Assembly: GCF_003704095.1 (NCBI RefSeq)
Contig: NW_020846150.1
Span: 62,001-126,000, forward strand
Origin: Pocillopora damicornis
Taxonomy: Eukaryota
DNA: 64,000 nt
Direction of reading: 5' to 3'
A model generated the notes under the pieces. That model ran no database searches and was not told the origin of the DNA. It saw only the letters and a list, made by a program, of their open reading frames with translations. Within the stretch, counting starts at the first letter, position 1, and the number at the start of each line of letters is the position of its first letter. Made by a program: the position numbers and the translations under genes. This document shows, piece after piece, positions 25,813-38,608 of this stretch.

Positions 25813-28800
25813 ATGAGTAGCTCAGAAGAGGTGTCGTGGATTTCTTGGTTTTGTGGTCTTCGTGGTAACGAGTTTTTCTGCGAGGTACTAGCCTCAAGTA
25901 GTGTCACATTTAATAAGCTTTTTTATAATTACACCACAGGGAGACTTGAATCCGATGTAATTCGTCCGGAATAGGACATACTCTACAGCATATATTGTGC
26001 TTATTGTGCTTACTTGTTTGATTTTGTCACATCATTTGATTTGAAGCCTCAGTACTAATTTATGAACAGCAATAAGAAATTTAAGCCATTGTGAGTTATT
26101 TCTTGTAACCTTTGTCTGTAAATCTGTCATTTATAATCTGCAGTTGATGTTTGTAATGAAACTACTTTACCTTGACTACCATCATGTGCAGAGATTTCCC
26201 TATAACCCCAAATTGTTCTTAAACAAACTGGTAGTCCCAAGGGCAATCTATTGATTTCTATCATCCAACAACTGTTAACCTTAATGAAGGAAAAGTTTTA
26301 TACAGAAATCTTGCCCCATCAGGCCATCAGAATGTGGTGAGCAACATATGAGGTAGTGAGATCAGCGATTTCACAAAATAGGAAAAGACTGCTGTCTTCT
26401 TAAAAAGTTGGGTTCAAGGCAGTTACTAAACTAGATATTAGTGACACTATAAGTTTCTAAAATTAGAGGAAGGGATATTGATAGTTACAAAGAAGAGTCA
26501 TGTCTTACACAACTGAAACCTCATTTTAGAAAATTCTTGATATAATTTAAGGAAAATGTGTATAACATCCTTTACTTTACAAACATAACCAATGATCCAT
26601 CCACAGTGCCCCAAGTTGCCGTCATTTTGGCATCTAAATATACACTTATGATTGCAATTTTGCACCCTGTACCATATATAGTCTGGGTTTATCCCTTATC
26701 TCTGTTGTAGCACAAGTCATTTCATCACTGCCACACTCAGGTCATCAAATTAAGGACTTTTGCTTCAAATTTTGTTGCCAAATTTTGGTATATACTTGCT
26801 GTACCAATCTAAAACAGTTGCAGCTTGAGGAAATGTGTAAATTCTGGTTTTCAGTTAAGTTGGCATTCTCAGTAAAAATTTTTGTAACTACTAACAACTC
26901 CTCTTCCCTGATAATGACCTCCACTATGGTTGTCAAAGTGATTTTCTGATTGTTTATTGCACTGCTCCTATGTCATTGATTTTTAAAACTATTTACTGTC
27001 TTGCTTAGTATTGTGACAACTCTTTTTTATGCAAGGTTGACGAAGATTACATCCAGGACAAGTTTAATTTAACTGGATTAAATGAACAAGTGCCACATTA
27101 CAGGCAGGCCTTGGACATGATACTGGACATGGAGCCAGGTTGGTGAAATTATTTTATCACCAACATGTACACTTCAGCTATATCCTGATGGTGAAATTTG
27201 ATCAGTCAATAGAGTTTACCAAAATTTCTGTTGTAAACAGTCTTAAAATTATTAATATAAATGTATATTATAAGGTCAGCTAACTCATTCTTGGAAAGGA
27301 TGATTTTTATAACTAAGAGCAAATCATCAAATTTTCCTGGTGAACACTGCATCCCAATGACCAAAATGAATCTTGGAAAGTCTTACCTTCTCCACCTACA
27401 ACTTGCGTGAAATTTTCTATGTGTATATGAACAAAACAAAATTGTACTGCCAAAAGATCCACCTGTAGAGTCAGGGCTCATACTAAGAGAGAATATAAAC
27501 TAATCATGATGTGTTTTAAATTTTTTATTGTTTTGTCAACAGATGATGAATTAGAAGATAATCCAAATCAAAGTGATCTGATTGAACAGGCAGCAGAGAT
27601 GTTATATGGTCTCATTCATGCTCGTTATATATTAACCAACAGGGGGCTTGCGCAAATGGTAAGTATTGTAAGTTGTGCTGGCCATCTAGTCTTACATAGT
27701 ATTTTAAATAAAAAGATTGTGCTAAGTGCTTGGTTTAGTTTTTCCAGTGTGATTACAATTTCAAGAATATTTCAAATGGTGGGTGCTTCTCATATATCAA
27801 TTGTTTTTACATAAAAGTGTTTCCATGACTTGTTAGTACTTGAGATATAATATGTGTTTTTTAAAACATGTCATCATCTGAATGCAGGGAGATTGAAAAC
27901 AAGTAGATTAGGCTCCTTGCATCATCTAATGAATTTCCACCAAAGGCAAAGTGAATATGGTCAAATAAACTCATTGAAGAAGTCAAGGGATTACATGTAT
28001 ACAAAAATATTTTCTGAACCTCAGGAGGATAATTTGTGCAAGTTCCAAGGTTATTTTACAGGCAGAAGTATTAGAAAAAAATGCACGAGTAATTTTTGTA
28101 TAAATTGTGTCTCTGTATATTGATAAACTGTGTGCGGAATGAGTATTATTAAGTTATGTAAGAAATGATGTAAGCCAAGAGTTGTCAACAAAACGTTGTA
28201 CATGTACCACCTGACCAAACCTGCTGGCCAGTCTGCCTTTCACCTCATTTTACTAAAAGTGCCATGGATGAATCATGCCATTATTGAAAAACAATCAATC
28301 AGAATTTGCAGAAAGGTTCGTGTAAGCTTGGCAGAATGCTTTGGAATGAATAATATCTGACTTATGTACAGCCCTGTAATCTGTGACCAACCTTAACTCT
28401 TTCATAACTTGTGCTATTCTACTAGATCTTAATAAACCATATGTTTAATGTATTTTGGGTGCCTTGTAGGATTATCATCACAATTCTCCTTCTGACCACT
28501 CTGCAAATTGCTGTGAACATACTGAATGCCAACTTAACTTTGCATGTTCTTAAACACAGCTTGAAAAATACCAGAATGGTGATTTTGGACACTGCTGTCG
28601 AGTGTACTGTGAAAATCAGGCAGTCTTACCCATTGGTAAGTTTGCAAAGTTGAGGCTTGGGTATGTGTAGTATGTTATTTTTCTCATTTGCTTCAGTATG
28701 TTATCATGTTTTCAGAGCATTCTTTGCAAAGCTCAATTTCTTTTGTCATCCATAGGTTTGTCTGATGTTCCTGGGGAGGCAATGGTCAAACTTTACTGTC

Positions 28801-29298
28801 CAAAATGCATGGATGTTTACACACCAAAATCATCTCGACATCATCACACAGATGGAGCATACTTTGGGACAGGTTTCCCTCACATGCTGTTTATGGTACA
28901 TCCTGAGTACAGACCAAAAAGACCAAACAACCAGTTTGTTCCAAGGTAAAGTGTTGTAATGAGTGTGCAAGACTGTTTAGATGAGTAACAATATTCAGAA
29001 CCTTGAGGGAAAAAAGCAGTAACTACAAATTAAACTGTGTTTCACTTTGAAAAAACTAATAAACCAATCACATAAAATTTAAAAAATATTTTCTCAAGGA
29101 GAAGGGTAGGATTTGTCAGTTTATTTTGGTTTTGTTCGAGTCAGTACTTCTCACCTTTTTTTTTCATTGTTTTTTTTTGTTAGGTTGTTTGGATTTAAAA
29201 TTTCACCCATGGCTTACCAGATCCAGGAGAGAGCAGCAGCTCAGAGAGGACGGTCTGCATCAGCACGTCCAAGATCCACAAAACCTCATTACAAATAA
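25813..29298 (+). CDS. CSNK2B: Casein kinase II subunit beta
   Basis: Exons 25813-25884, 27036-27138, 27543-27658, 28560-28635, 28756-28945, 29184-29298. [104 protein letters not shown]. Confidence 0.98.
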
Positions 29299-31250
29299 GA
29301 ACAAGTTATTTTCTATCCTACTCTTTCGTTTTAATATTTCCTAGTTTAATGCCATTTCAAGTTCTCAGATTTGAGGATAAATGTTTTAAAAATGGTTAAT
29401 TTGTTAAAGTGCTCAATCTTCTTGTAACTAACAGTATATATAGTGTTCTCCCTTTTTTTAAGCATGACAGGTAAAACAAATTTTCAGACCAGTAGAGTAG
29501 TCCTTTTACCAGGTACATTTCAAGAATTCCAAGTGATTTTAGGCTGTAATAAGAGGTACTGCAGGCAGTAAATTTCACTGGTTACTACCTGAAAAGGAGA
29601 ACAATTTATATACAGATGCTTGAAATTTTTATTTGGTCTCTTTCCCCTTTTGTGTACTTTATAAATAGGTGTGGTACAGTTAAGAGAGTAAACTTAGGCT
29701 CAATTTTTATCTTGCTGAAAATAATTGCTGGTGTTTAATTCTGCAATTAATACTGTAGATTCTTCCCCAGATAAAGTGAGACACTTCATTCATGCAGTTC
29801 TTGCCCAACAAAAAAAGCCCCATCTATTGGATATATGTCCTGCTCTGTGATTTTTGTAAATCATATATGGAGATTGTATCTCTGCTATAAAACTTGGGGT
29901 TTGTGTTGTATTAGATTGTTCCCATCAGTTTCTAATTTAGCATAACCCTCACAAACAGTTCTTTCTGTTTAGTGTTCAGAGTACATTTTTTAAAATTATG
30001 TTGTAGTGTTTTGGCTCCTCATTAACGATTTAGTTTCCATGCATGTGTGTTCAGCTCTAAAGAAAAGTGATAAAACAGGCTGTCTCAGTCTATGTTATTT
30101 CAACTTACAGCTTTGTGTTTTTATGTCTTCTGTGAATGTAATGTACCATAAACAAAAATTAAAGTTCCTGTTGGGCTGATGATTTGTGTGAAATACTTGG
30201 AGTTGCTATAGTTCCAATTGTAAAACACATCCAAAAACGTAGGCCTGATTGGAAGGATGAACTTTGCTTGAGCCAAACTTAATAGCTTTTATTTTAAAAA
30301 TGTGGAAAGACTGGGAATCAACAAAGAACAGCTTCTTAAATTTGGATTGCCTGGGAAGAACTTTGGCCCTGGAATGACTTTGAATTGGATGAAATAAGCT
30401 GAATCAATTTCATGAATTATCATGATGTATTTTTCAATATTGATTGGTTTTCTTGGAACTGGGAAGGGCTAATGAAGTTTGATGTCTGAATCAACAAGAG
30501 TACTGCTTTGAATTTGGGTGGGCCCAAACCTGAATTTAGTTCAGCTAATAAAAATGTCGACATCTTAGTGATTGGCTAAGTGATACCTTGAATGGCAGAG
30601 CATACCGAGGAGTTATTACTTTAGGGGGTCATATTAAGGCTCCTTGGTTCCCTAGTTTAGTTTGTTGTTAAAAACAAAATTTTATCTTTAGTCTGTGGGA
30701 AGGGATTTTTGAATATCTGAAGTGGATAGCATAAGCAGGGATACACATGGCCTCTTATCTCTTCTCACACTCACTTCCTTCACACTCATAGTCCCTGAAG
30801 TTATGGAGAAAGGGGGAACGTATCTAAATTAATGATCAAGCAAACTGAAAAATCAAACATGCTAATTGCCATCTAGTAAATGGATTAAAAGTTTAAAGTT
30901 TGAACAAACTGAACTGCAGATACCATCTGAGTCATATCTGAGTCATTTACAAAACAGGCAGTCAACAGACTCATTAAGTACTAGGAAAAATGTTTATTGT
31001 TTTCTTGTCTGGTCTTCTGTCATTTCTGAGACACCTACTAACATACTGTTCCCTGGTTGTCATATTTGTAGTTGCTGACTGAAGAAAGTGACATCCTAAT
31101 AGAATTTTGCTTTAACAAAATATAGGCAATGTCGCTTAATCCATTACAGTAACATTATGCTGTGTGAGTTCTTTGAACTGAGAATTAGTTTGCCATTCAA
31201 ATCCATGTAAAAAGCACTTTTATGAGTTGTAGCGAACTAAAATGTCTCAA

Positions 31251-31470
31251 AACAGACCATTTTACAGTTGTGTGCTTGGTTGCCAAGCCTTTGAACAGGA
31301 ATGAGGCTAAGGGTGACCTTGTTATGATACAAACCTTGCTGCTTTTCAAATGCAAATTACTTTGTTATCATGCTAACTAGATACTAGTCTCTATCACAAC
31401 AAGGTCACCTTCAGCCTCACTCCAAATCAAAGGCTTGGCAACTAAGTACACAACTGTAAAATAGCCTATT
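31251..31470. mobile_element. Second copy of the ~218 bp MITE, about 110 bp downstream of the LSM2 stop
   Basis: Reverse-complement match to 1573-1790 with the same TIRs. Confidence 0.8.
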
Positions 31471-31580
31471 ATCAAATTCATGGGAATGAAAAATGTCTGC
31501 TTACAAAGCCTATAAATAATTTTACAGTTTTTTCATTTCAAGAGTTTCCTGTGTAGACTTTTTGTTAGTTCAGCTTGTTT

Positions 31581-32796
31581 TCAAGCTTTGTTTTGGGCCG
31601 CTTCCTTTCTGGTGGCATCTTGTAACAGTGATGTATCAACTTCTTCTGCCGGCAGTTGAACATATCTGACTACAGATCCTCTAATGAAGCAGTTTTTAAC
31701 TGACAACTAAAAGGGGGAAACAAATTTAAGCTAAAGCTGTCATACCATCACCAGATAGTTATTAATTAATTTATTGATAAATTAACTGAAAAGCATGAAA
31801 AACTCTCATTGTTGAGATACTTGGTGACGTGCTGAAATTCAAATTATAGACATGTTATAATATTTCATGGAATTGCTCTTTGTTCAGTACTGTGTATATT
31901 TTAATCATAATTGATGACTCCCTCTATTATTGTTTAGCAGAACTATCCAAAGAAAAACCAAGTCTTTGATCTAAGACTAAAACAACTGATAGAAACTATA
32001 TATACATACCATATGAGGATACTTATCCGGGTCTGTCAGGCTTATATCTGTTAATTTGATGTTTAGAAACTGCAGTAAAAAGAGGATTAAATTATAAAAA
32101 TTATTTCAGATTAGGCACTACAAGATATGCGAATTGATTTCAGTGGTAGAGCTAAACATTCTCTGTACAACTGCACCTTATCATACTCAAGACAATAAAA
32201 TCATAAGGTTACCTGATCGACCGAGTCTAACGTTCCATGTACACTGTCAAAAAAAAGAAGTGTAATGTTCATTTTCGAATCTCACGTTCTGCAAATTGAT
32301 TACTTTAGTTATAATGGTCCACCAACAGAATATGATGGAAATTGAAAATATCTCAATAATTGTATTGCAGCACGGCAACTGAAAGATTCTCGAACACATT
32401 TGCAGCTGCATTGTACGGCAATCCGGCCGCTATAGATCTGATGAGAGCTATTTTTTTACCAATAAGACAGATCAGAAGGCTTGTGCCATTCATTATATAG
32501 ATTAAGGTCCTGAAACACCCGAAAATTCCTCATAAAAATGCCTCACGACTTCTAAATCTTACACTGACCTAAATTTGTTTGAAACAAACCTAAAGCACTC
32601 ACGTGCGAAAGACTGTCAGTTAAACTTGTACATTATTAGCAACACCTTCCTATACCTGAGGTCATTCTTCAGTTCCACAATAACTTCTTTCCCAACCAAA
32701 GACTTGAAAAATGAGTAAAAAAGCTGAAAGAGAAGATAAAAAATGTGAGCATTTGTTCTCAAAAAACGTCCTCGAAACGACACTATTGCTCACCAT
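31581..32796 (-). CDS. LSM2: U6 snRNA-associated Sm-like protein LSm2, 95 aa
   Basis: Exons 32796-32794 (ATG only), 32723-32656, 32243-32213, 32069-32010, 31706-31581, total 288 nt: MLFYSFFKSLVGKEVIVELKNDLSVHGTLDSVDQFLNIKLTDISLTDPDKYPHMLSVKNCFIRGSVVRYVQLPAEEVDTSLLQDATRKEAAQNKA*. Confidence 0.96.
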
Positions 32797-33005
32797 TTTG
32801 GAAATTACTATGGAAGTGATAACTACGTTATGTACGGTATCATATAGTGTATTGCGACCGCTGTTCATAAGTAGGCTCAGGTTACAGAGAAGGATTGTGG
32901 GATACTGCATGGAACAAAAACTGAGACTGAGTGATCGAGTTTTGTGAAGAGAATTATAACTATAAAAAAGAAAATTTCCCTCCTCCGTTTTCAGAGACTG
33001 GAAAA

Positions 33006-36000
33006 ATGAATACAGAAAGACCTGTGCAACAATATTTTAGCCCTTACGCTTTTAACGGAGGGTAAGTAGATCGTGGATTATCGAAAATGTGACAAGGTTT
33101 AATTGGAAACTTATGATCTGAATGAGTCAGCAGCATCAAAGCTTCTATAGTTATGAAAATAAGTTTAATTGTACAAACTTCTTGACTTTCTTATGAGAAA
33201 CAAATTTCTCCAATGCAGCTTGGTTATTCCGTTTGTTCTCTAGAAAATCTGGTGTGATACAAACTTCTTTGCAGCTTTCGCTCCTCGGTGAGCTTTGGTT
33301 AGGTTACGTGTGAGCTATGTTCATTTGTCGCAATTTTTTTCCAGTGTCAATCAGGTAGACCCTTAGTATATTTTTTAACTTATTTTAAGTGTTTTGCAAG
33401 TTTCCATTAGTGCTTAAGACAGAGAATGGATGGTTAATTCACCAGCTCAACAAACTCGCCAGCACCTAACTCACCACCACCGAGAGTCAAATCACCACTG
33501 GTGGCAATTTGACTCAGGCATCATGTGTAACGTGTTGTATGAAACTTACATCAAATGAGTATCCTAGGAGAGACTTAAAATAGTGCCAGAATCAAATTGC
33601 CGCAGGTGGTGATTGACTCTCAGTGGTGGCAAGTTTTGTAGTGGGGAGTTTGTTGTGGTGGTGAATTGAGCATAAACTGAATGGACATGTATCTTGAGAA
33701 ATCATGATAGGTGCACAAAGTTTTATTCTTAAATATTAAATTAATTTCATATTTTATCTTGGTTTTCAACTTAGGACTGTACTTGCCATTGCTGGAGAGG
33801 ATTTTTCTGTCATTGCATCAGACACAAGGTTAAGTCAGGGCTTTTCCATCCACACCAGGGATAGTCCAAAGACTTACAAACTGTAAGTTAAGTATTGTAA
33901 TAATTCCATTTTTATGTGCAGAACAATTGTCATTTAAAAGTTTATCACTGCTACCCTTTTATCGTCTGCCAACAAAACTAGTGTGAAATCTGTATTTGCA
34001 CTATATTTCTTCAAACAACACAGCCCTTTGGCTGGCAATTAGGTTTATTTTACTAACTTGGATTAGAAACATGATAATTATGTTTCATTTTCATCTTCTA
34101 ATCAGCACTCATATATACTTGTCATTTTATGGGGAACAGGTGAGCAAAACCATCATTACTAGTGAAAGAATTGACACCTGATCAAACCACAGAAAATGCC
34201 TTGAGTAATACTATAGTATGGTACACTATTTTGAAAAAAGTCAGTTAGATTTTAAGATTATTGTAACACTGTTATGGTATTAGAAATTTTAGTAAAGTAG
34301 GCAATCCTAAAATTGAACTTAACCTCTGCAACTCATCTTATACATCTTGTTTTCTGGAACTCATTTTTGTACCTGTGGCTTCGAAACAGGAATGAAGAAT
34401 TTCAAAATCTGATCCAAAGGAGCTGCATGTTCCTTATATGTAATATAAAGGGGTTAATGCTATGCATGTTAACTGTGTTTGTTAATCATGTTTTTGTATG
34501 TTTAGTACCAATTCCACAGTTCTTGGCTGTGCTGGATTTCATGGTGATTGCCTTACACTGACCAAACTCATTACAGCAAGACTTCAGGTATGTTTACTTG
34601 ATGTAGAGTTGTATGCTTGATTGTGTACATTGCACAGAAGCTTGTGTGAAAGGCAAATTACTCATTAATAGTAGAGATTTAGTAGAGATTGAGTGCTCCA
34701 GATTGGGCATATAAGGTCATATTGTAATTTTCCATTCCACTTTTCCCCCCCTCGAGTGTTGAAATGTGTTTGTTCATCCAGAGTGATTTTTCCAAAGACG
34801 GTGAAAAAGATCTGTTGTTTTGACAATGAAAATTCTAGTGTGCTGTGTCTCCTTTCTGTAGAAGAAAAAAAAATACTTATCAAACTTGCACTAATGATTC
34901 TGTTTATTACCTTTAGATGTATGAACATGAGCATGGAAGTAAAATGAGGTATGTAAGGTAGTTTCAGTTTGGTTGAAAGAAGTTGTCAGACTAGCACTCT
35001 AAGCTGCAATCATTTTGGTCATGATGACATGTAGAAAAAATTTGGCATCTAAATGCTCATTTATGCTTGGCTTTGGCCTCTTTCTTCGTTTGTTAGTGTT
35101 AAGTCTTAACTAAAGATGTCTTTTAAGCCTTTAATACAATTCTTGGTGACTCAGCTAAATTTGAATTTATTTTTGGCAACCATTTTTGTGTCTACTGGCC
35201 CCTATAGGGGGAATAGTCTATATGATGAATTTTGGGGACCAACTTTGAAAAACCTTGAGCATGAGCACTGTTTGTGTGTATTTGTGAACTGTGGGGATGG
35301 ATTAAGAGGGATTCTTAGTTAAGGATGGGTGCGTAAATAATATAAGATATATATTGATGTTAATTGTTTTCTTTTTTTATGCTCTCATACTTTAGTTGTC
35401 CAGCCATTGCTCAGATGTTATCAACTGTTTTGTACTACCGACGCTTTTTTCCATATTACACTTACAATATTCTGGCAGGATTGGACAATGAAGGTAAAGC
35501 ATTACTGCCCATTGAAACAGCTTATTTTTGTCACTGATTATGGGAAAGGTTGTGTCCTGATTGGTACAGTGTTATGTCCTGTCTTACCTGTAATTATTAC
35601 AGACTTGGTGAGTATTATACAGATCAAAGTATTGGTTTCTAAAATGACTTCCACTGGTCTTTGAGTTTTCCACGAAAAAATGAATAAAATGAAAGAAAAT
35701 GTATGACTATGCTTAAATAGTTCTCCCTTCATACAAGACAAAAGTTGCTGAGTAATCACGTGACATCACAGGTGTCATTTTTTGCAGCAAGTAGCAGATT
35801 TAGTTGCAGAAGAAGTGTTCAATAAAAGCATCAAAATCCACTCTTTATTTTGGATGATGAAACATAGATTGATGATCATTATCTTTTTCTATCAGGTAAA
35901 GGTTGTGTTTTCAGTTTTGATCCAGTGGGTTCCTATGAAAGAGAAAGTTACAGAGCTGGAGGTTCTGCTTCAGCTCTTCTACAGCCATTACTTGACAATC

Positions 36001-36477
36001 AGGTAAAACTCTTTCTTCTCTTTGAGGATTTTCATTTTTTTTTTAATTCTCTACAAAGCAAGCAATATTGTTTGCCATGTAATCAACAGTCTCTGCTGAT
36101 TCATTAAATTAATGATTTATATTTATGCAGTTTCATTAGTTTTTAGTTTTACCATCTTTAATGTAGAATGGATCAAAATTTTCATGATTAAAAGTGACGT
36201 TTCATAAAAACAAAATTTTTTCTTAATTAATTTTAACTCATGTACAAGTTTGCAATTTTGTTTATCTGTTTTTGCTATTGTTTTCATCAAGATTGGTTTC
36301 AAAAACCAGCAAGGAGTAACTGAAGCTCCATTGAGCAAAGATAAAGCAGTTTTTCTGGTAAAGGATGTATTTACTGCTGCTGCTGAGAGAGATATCTACA
36401 CTGGAGATGCAGTAATTATCAGTGTTATCACTAAAGATGGCGTAACACAAGAAGCCTTTCCACTGAGAAGAGATTAA
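33006..36477 (+). CDS. PSMB1: Proteasome subunit beta type-1 (beta6)
   Basis: Seven coding exons starting 33006-33061, 33775-33882, 34506-34587, last about 36292-36477. [104 protein letters not shown] short upstream exon cannot be excluded. Confidence 0.95.
33431..33678. mobile_element. Foldback/MITE-like inverted repeat in PSMB1 intron 1
   Basis: aattcacca..acaaactc..accaccgagagtcaaatcaccactggtggcaatttga versus tcaaattgccgcaggtggtgattgactctcagtggtgg..gagtttgt..tggtgaatt; flanked by a gaatgga direct repeat. Confidence 0.6.
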
Positions 36478-37324
36478 TGATTGTTGTAGTACACATTTTT
36501 TTGTGCGAGTCAGCTTGTGTCTAAAAGTGTACTGTAGATATGAGCATTTTATCTTTTCGGCTCTCTATATTACACTTGATTCAGTGCACTGGTAGATGCG
36601 CTTGTTGTGTGCTCTTAAATGCTAAAAGAAAAACATGGTATGATCTCACTATGTCCTAGGAATAGCTCGTTACTTATGGCAGACAAGGCTCAACCGTCTC
36701 CTCTGTGTATAGTTGGTGGACAATAAAATCACAACTTTTCTGCGAATTTCTTTACTTATTTTTTTCTCTTATTCGTGCGATTGTGTTTTTCCTCTCACTC
36801 AAATTTAGAAAAACGCCTCAGAATATAACTGTAGTGTTGCTTTGTGTAATTGTGGACAATTTCGGAGCAGACTTTCTGCATGAAATCGCGAATATGGGGG
36901 GCCAGATATGCAAATATCCAACTCAAAAGATATTCAAAGTTTCTCATGGAATCTTGCTGTTCTTAAAACTTGATATCAGGGTTGCTTTTGATCAGTGAAA
37001 AAACACTTTTGAGGGATCGACAACGTGAACATCATGATCATTAAAATGACTGCAACGAAAATGAGAATAACGTAGGAGATTAGCTTCTGCGAGTAATAAT
37101 AGCAAATACGAATAAAATGTTTCCTAGGTTAACCACGTATAAACATTTAAATCCAACTGCGAATCTCGATTAGGATCGTTATTATGAATCGTAACCGCTT
37201 TTTCTATCGTAAGCAGTTTTCTGTGGATATGATATCCCTAGCTTACTTTGTTTAGTGTTCTTTTGCGCTACTACGATGCCATCAATGTACGTGAAAAAAT
37301 CACCGCTTCTGGTTGGCCGAAAAC

Positions 37325-37504
37325 GAGTGCATTCTCATGTAACACGAGTGCAAAATTGAAACGAGTGCAAATTAAAAATAGCGCGCGCACGCTTGCAAAA
37401 TTTCGTCTATCTTGAGTGCATTCTCATGTAACACGAGTGCAAAATTGTAACGAGTGCAAATTAAAAATAGCGCGCGCACGCTTGCAAAATTTCGTCTATC
37501 TTGA
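37325..37504. repeat. ~90 bp tandem duplication (2 near-identical copies)
   Basis: gagtgcattctcatgtaacacgagtgcaaaattg..aatagcgcgcgcacgcttgcaaaatttcgtctatctt occurs twice in tandem. Confidence 0.85.
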
Positions 37505-38608
37505 CTTTCTGTGATGTTCTTTAAATTTTTCAAAAACTGTGGGTTCGTGACATTTTATTGTCTTTGGAAAATTTACACGTGCTTCTTAACGCCAAATTGC
37601 AATCAAAACCATGTTATGACTTGTACAAAACTACTAATTTCTCGCATCGGGTAGTTGACTATTGTTTTGCTGGTAAGTTGCTTAGTTCACCTCGGGAGAA
37701 TTTTTAGCCCTGTTAGTGTACGAGTTTGCCGTATACTTGATACTGGCGGGCAAGTCTCGTCAAAACACCTTTAATGGCTGACTGATTCTGAGACAACTTC
37801 CTCTGCTAAATCAAAATATAAAGACCTACACCATGATTTTCTTATCTAGCTCGCTAATGCGGACGTTAAAACAAGATTAGGTTCAGCTGTTGTATCAAGT
37901 AAATTTCAGTCAATAAATCACATCGGTTATTTCTGTCATACGCCAAATTAACAGGTGCTAGCTCCAGTTGTACTTCGGGGAAACGACTTGGCAGGGAGCA
38001 TGGACGGGCAAGGGATGCCTTCTGGGTAATTACACCTTCTTTGTGAGTCACCCATAAACTCCCGGTTAGCGCCTTATCACCAGTCAGGTACAAATGCAGA
38101 TGCGACCAATTTGATTGGTCGAGGATTATCTGATATCCCTGTTTTATTTTTCGAAAATGTTTGGTTTAAGATTTACATTGCTTAGGGTTACTTAAGATCC
38201 AAAAGTAATAACAGTATCTAGCTATATGCTTCCTCCTGAATTCAATTTTGTTTGTTTTCGATCTGCTCCCTAAAATAATACATAGATACATAGTCAGCAT
38301 ACATTCGTATAAGTGTGGTGATATTTCACTTCAAACTCAGTACAACAAATATGCCGCTTAAATCACAAACATCCTCTTCTCAGCTTGTATTGCTGTGTGG
38401 TTTCTTTTAATTAAACCTAACCAGGACTGTAAGGAAAAACTCAAAATGCTATTTTCTAAAATTCTTCCATTTGAAGGATAAATAATTGGACGGATTTTAT
38501 ACCTTGTTGACTGGCTGACAAAGAGTCTTATGTAATTTGTTTTTTCTACTTCCGACGGTTTTCATTAGGTAAGCAGTTTTAAACTCATCCTCGCTTAATT
38601 TACGAAAA

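Noticed and set aside
32711-32947. 78-aa plus-strand ORF across the LSM2/PSMB1 promoter
   Set aside because: It is antisense to the LSM2 first exons and has no recognisable protein features.
37325-37504. CRISPR-like array
   Set aside because: Eukaryotic context, only two contiguous copies, no unique spacers and no cas genes.
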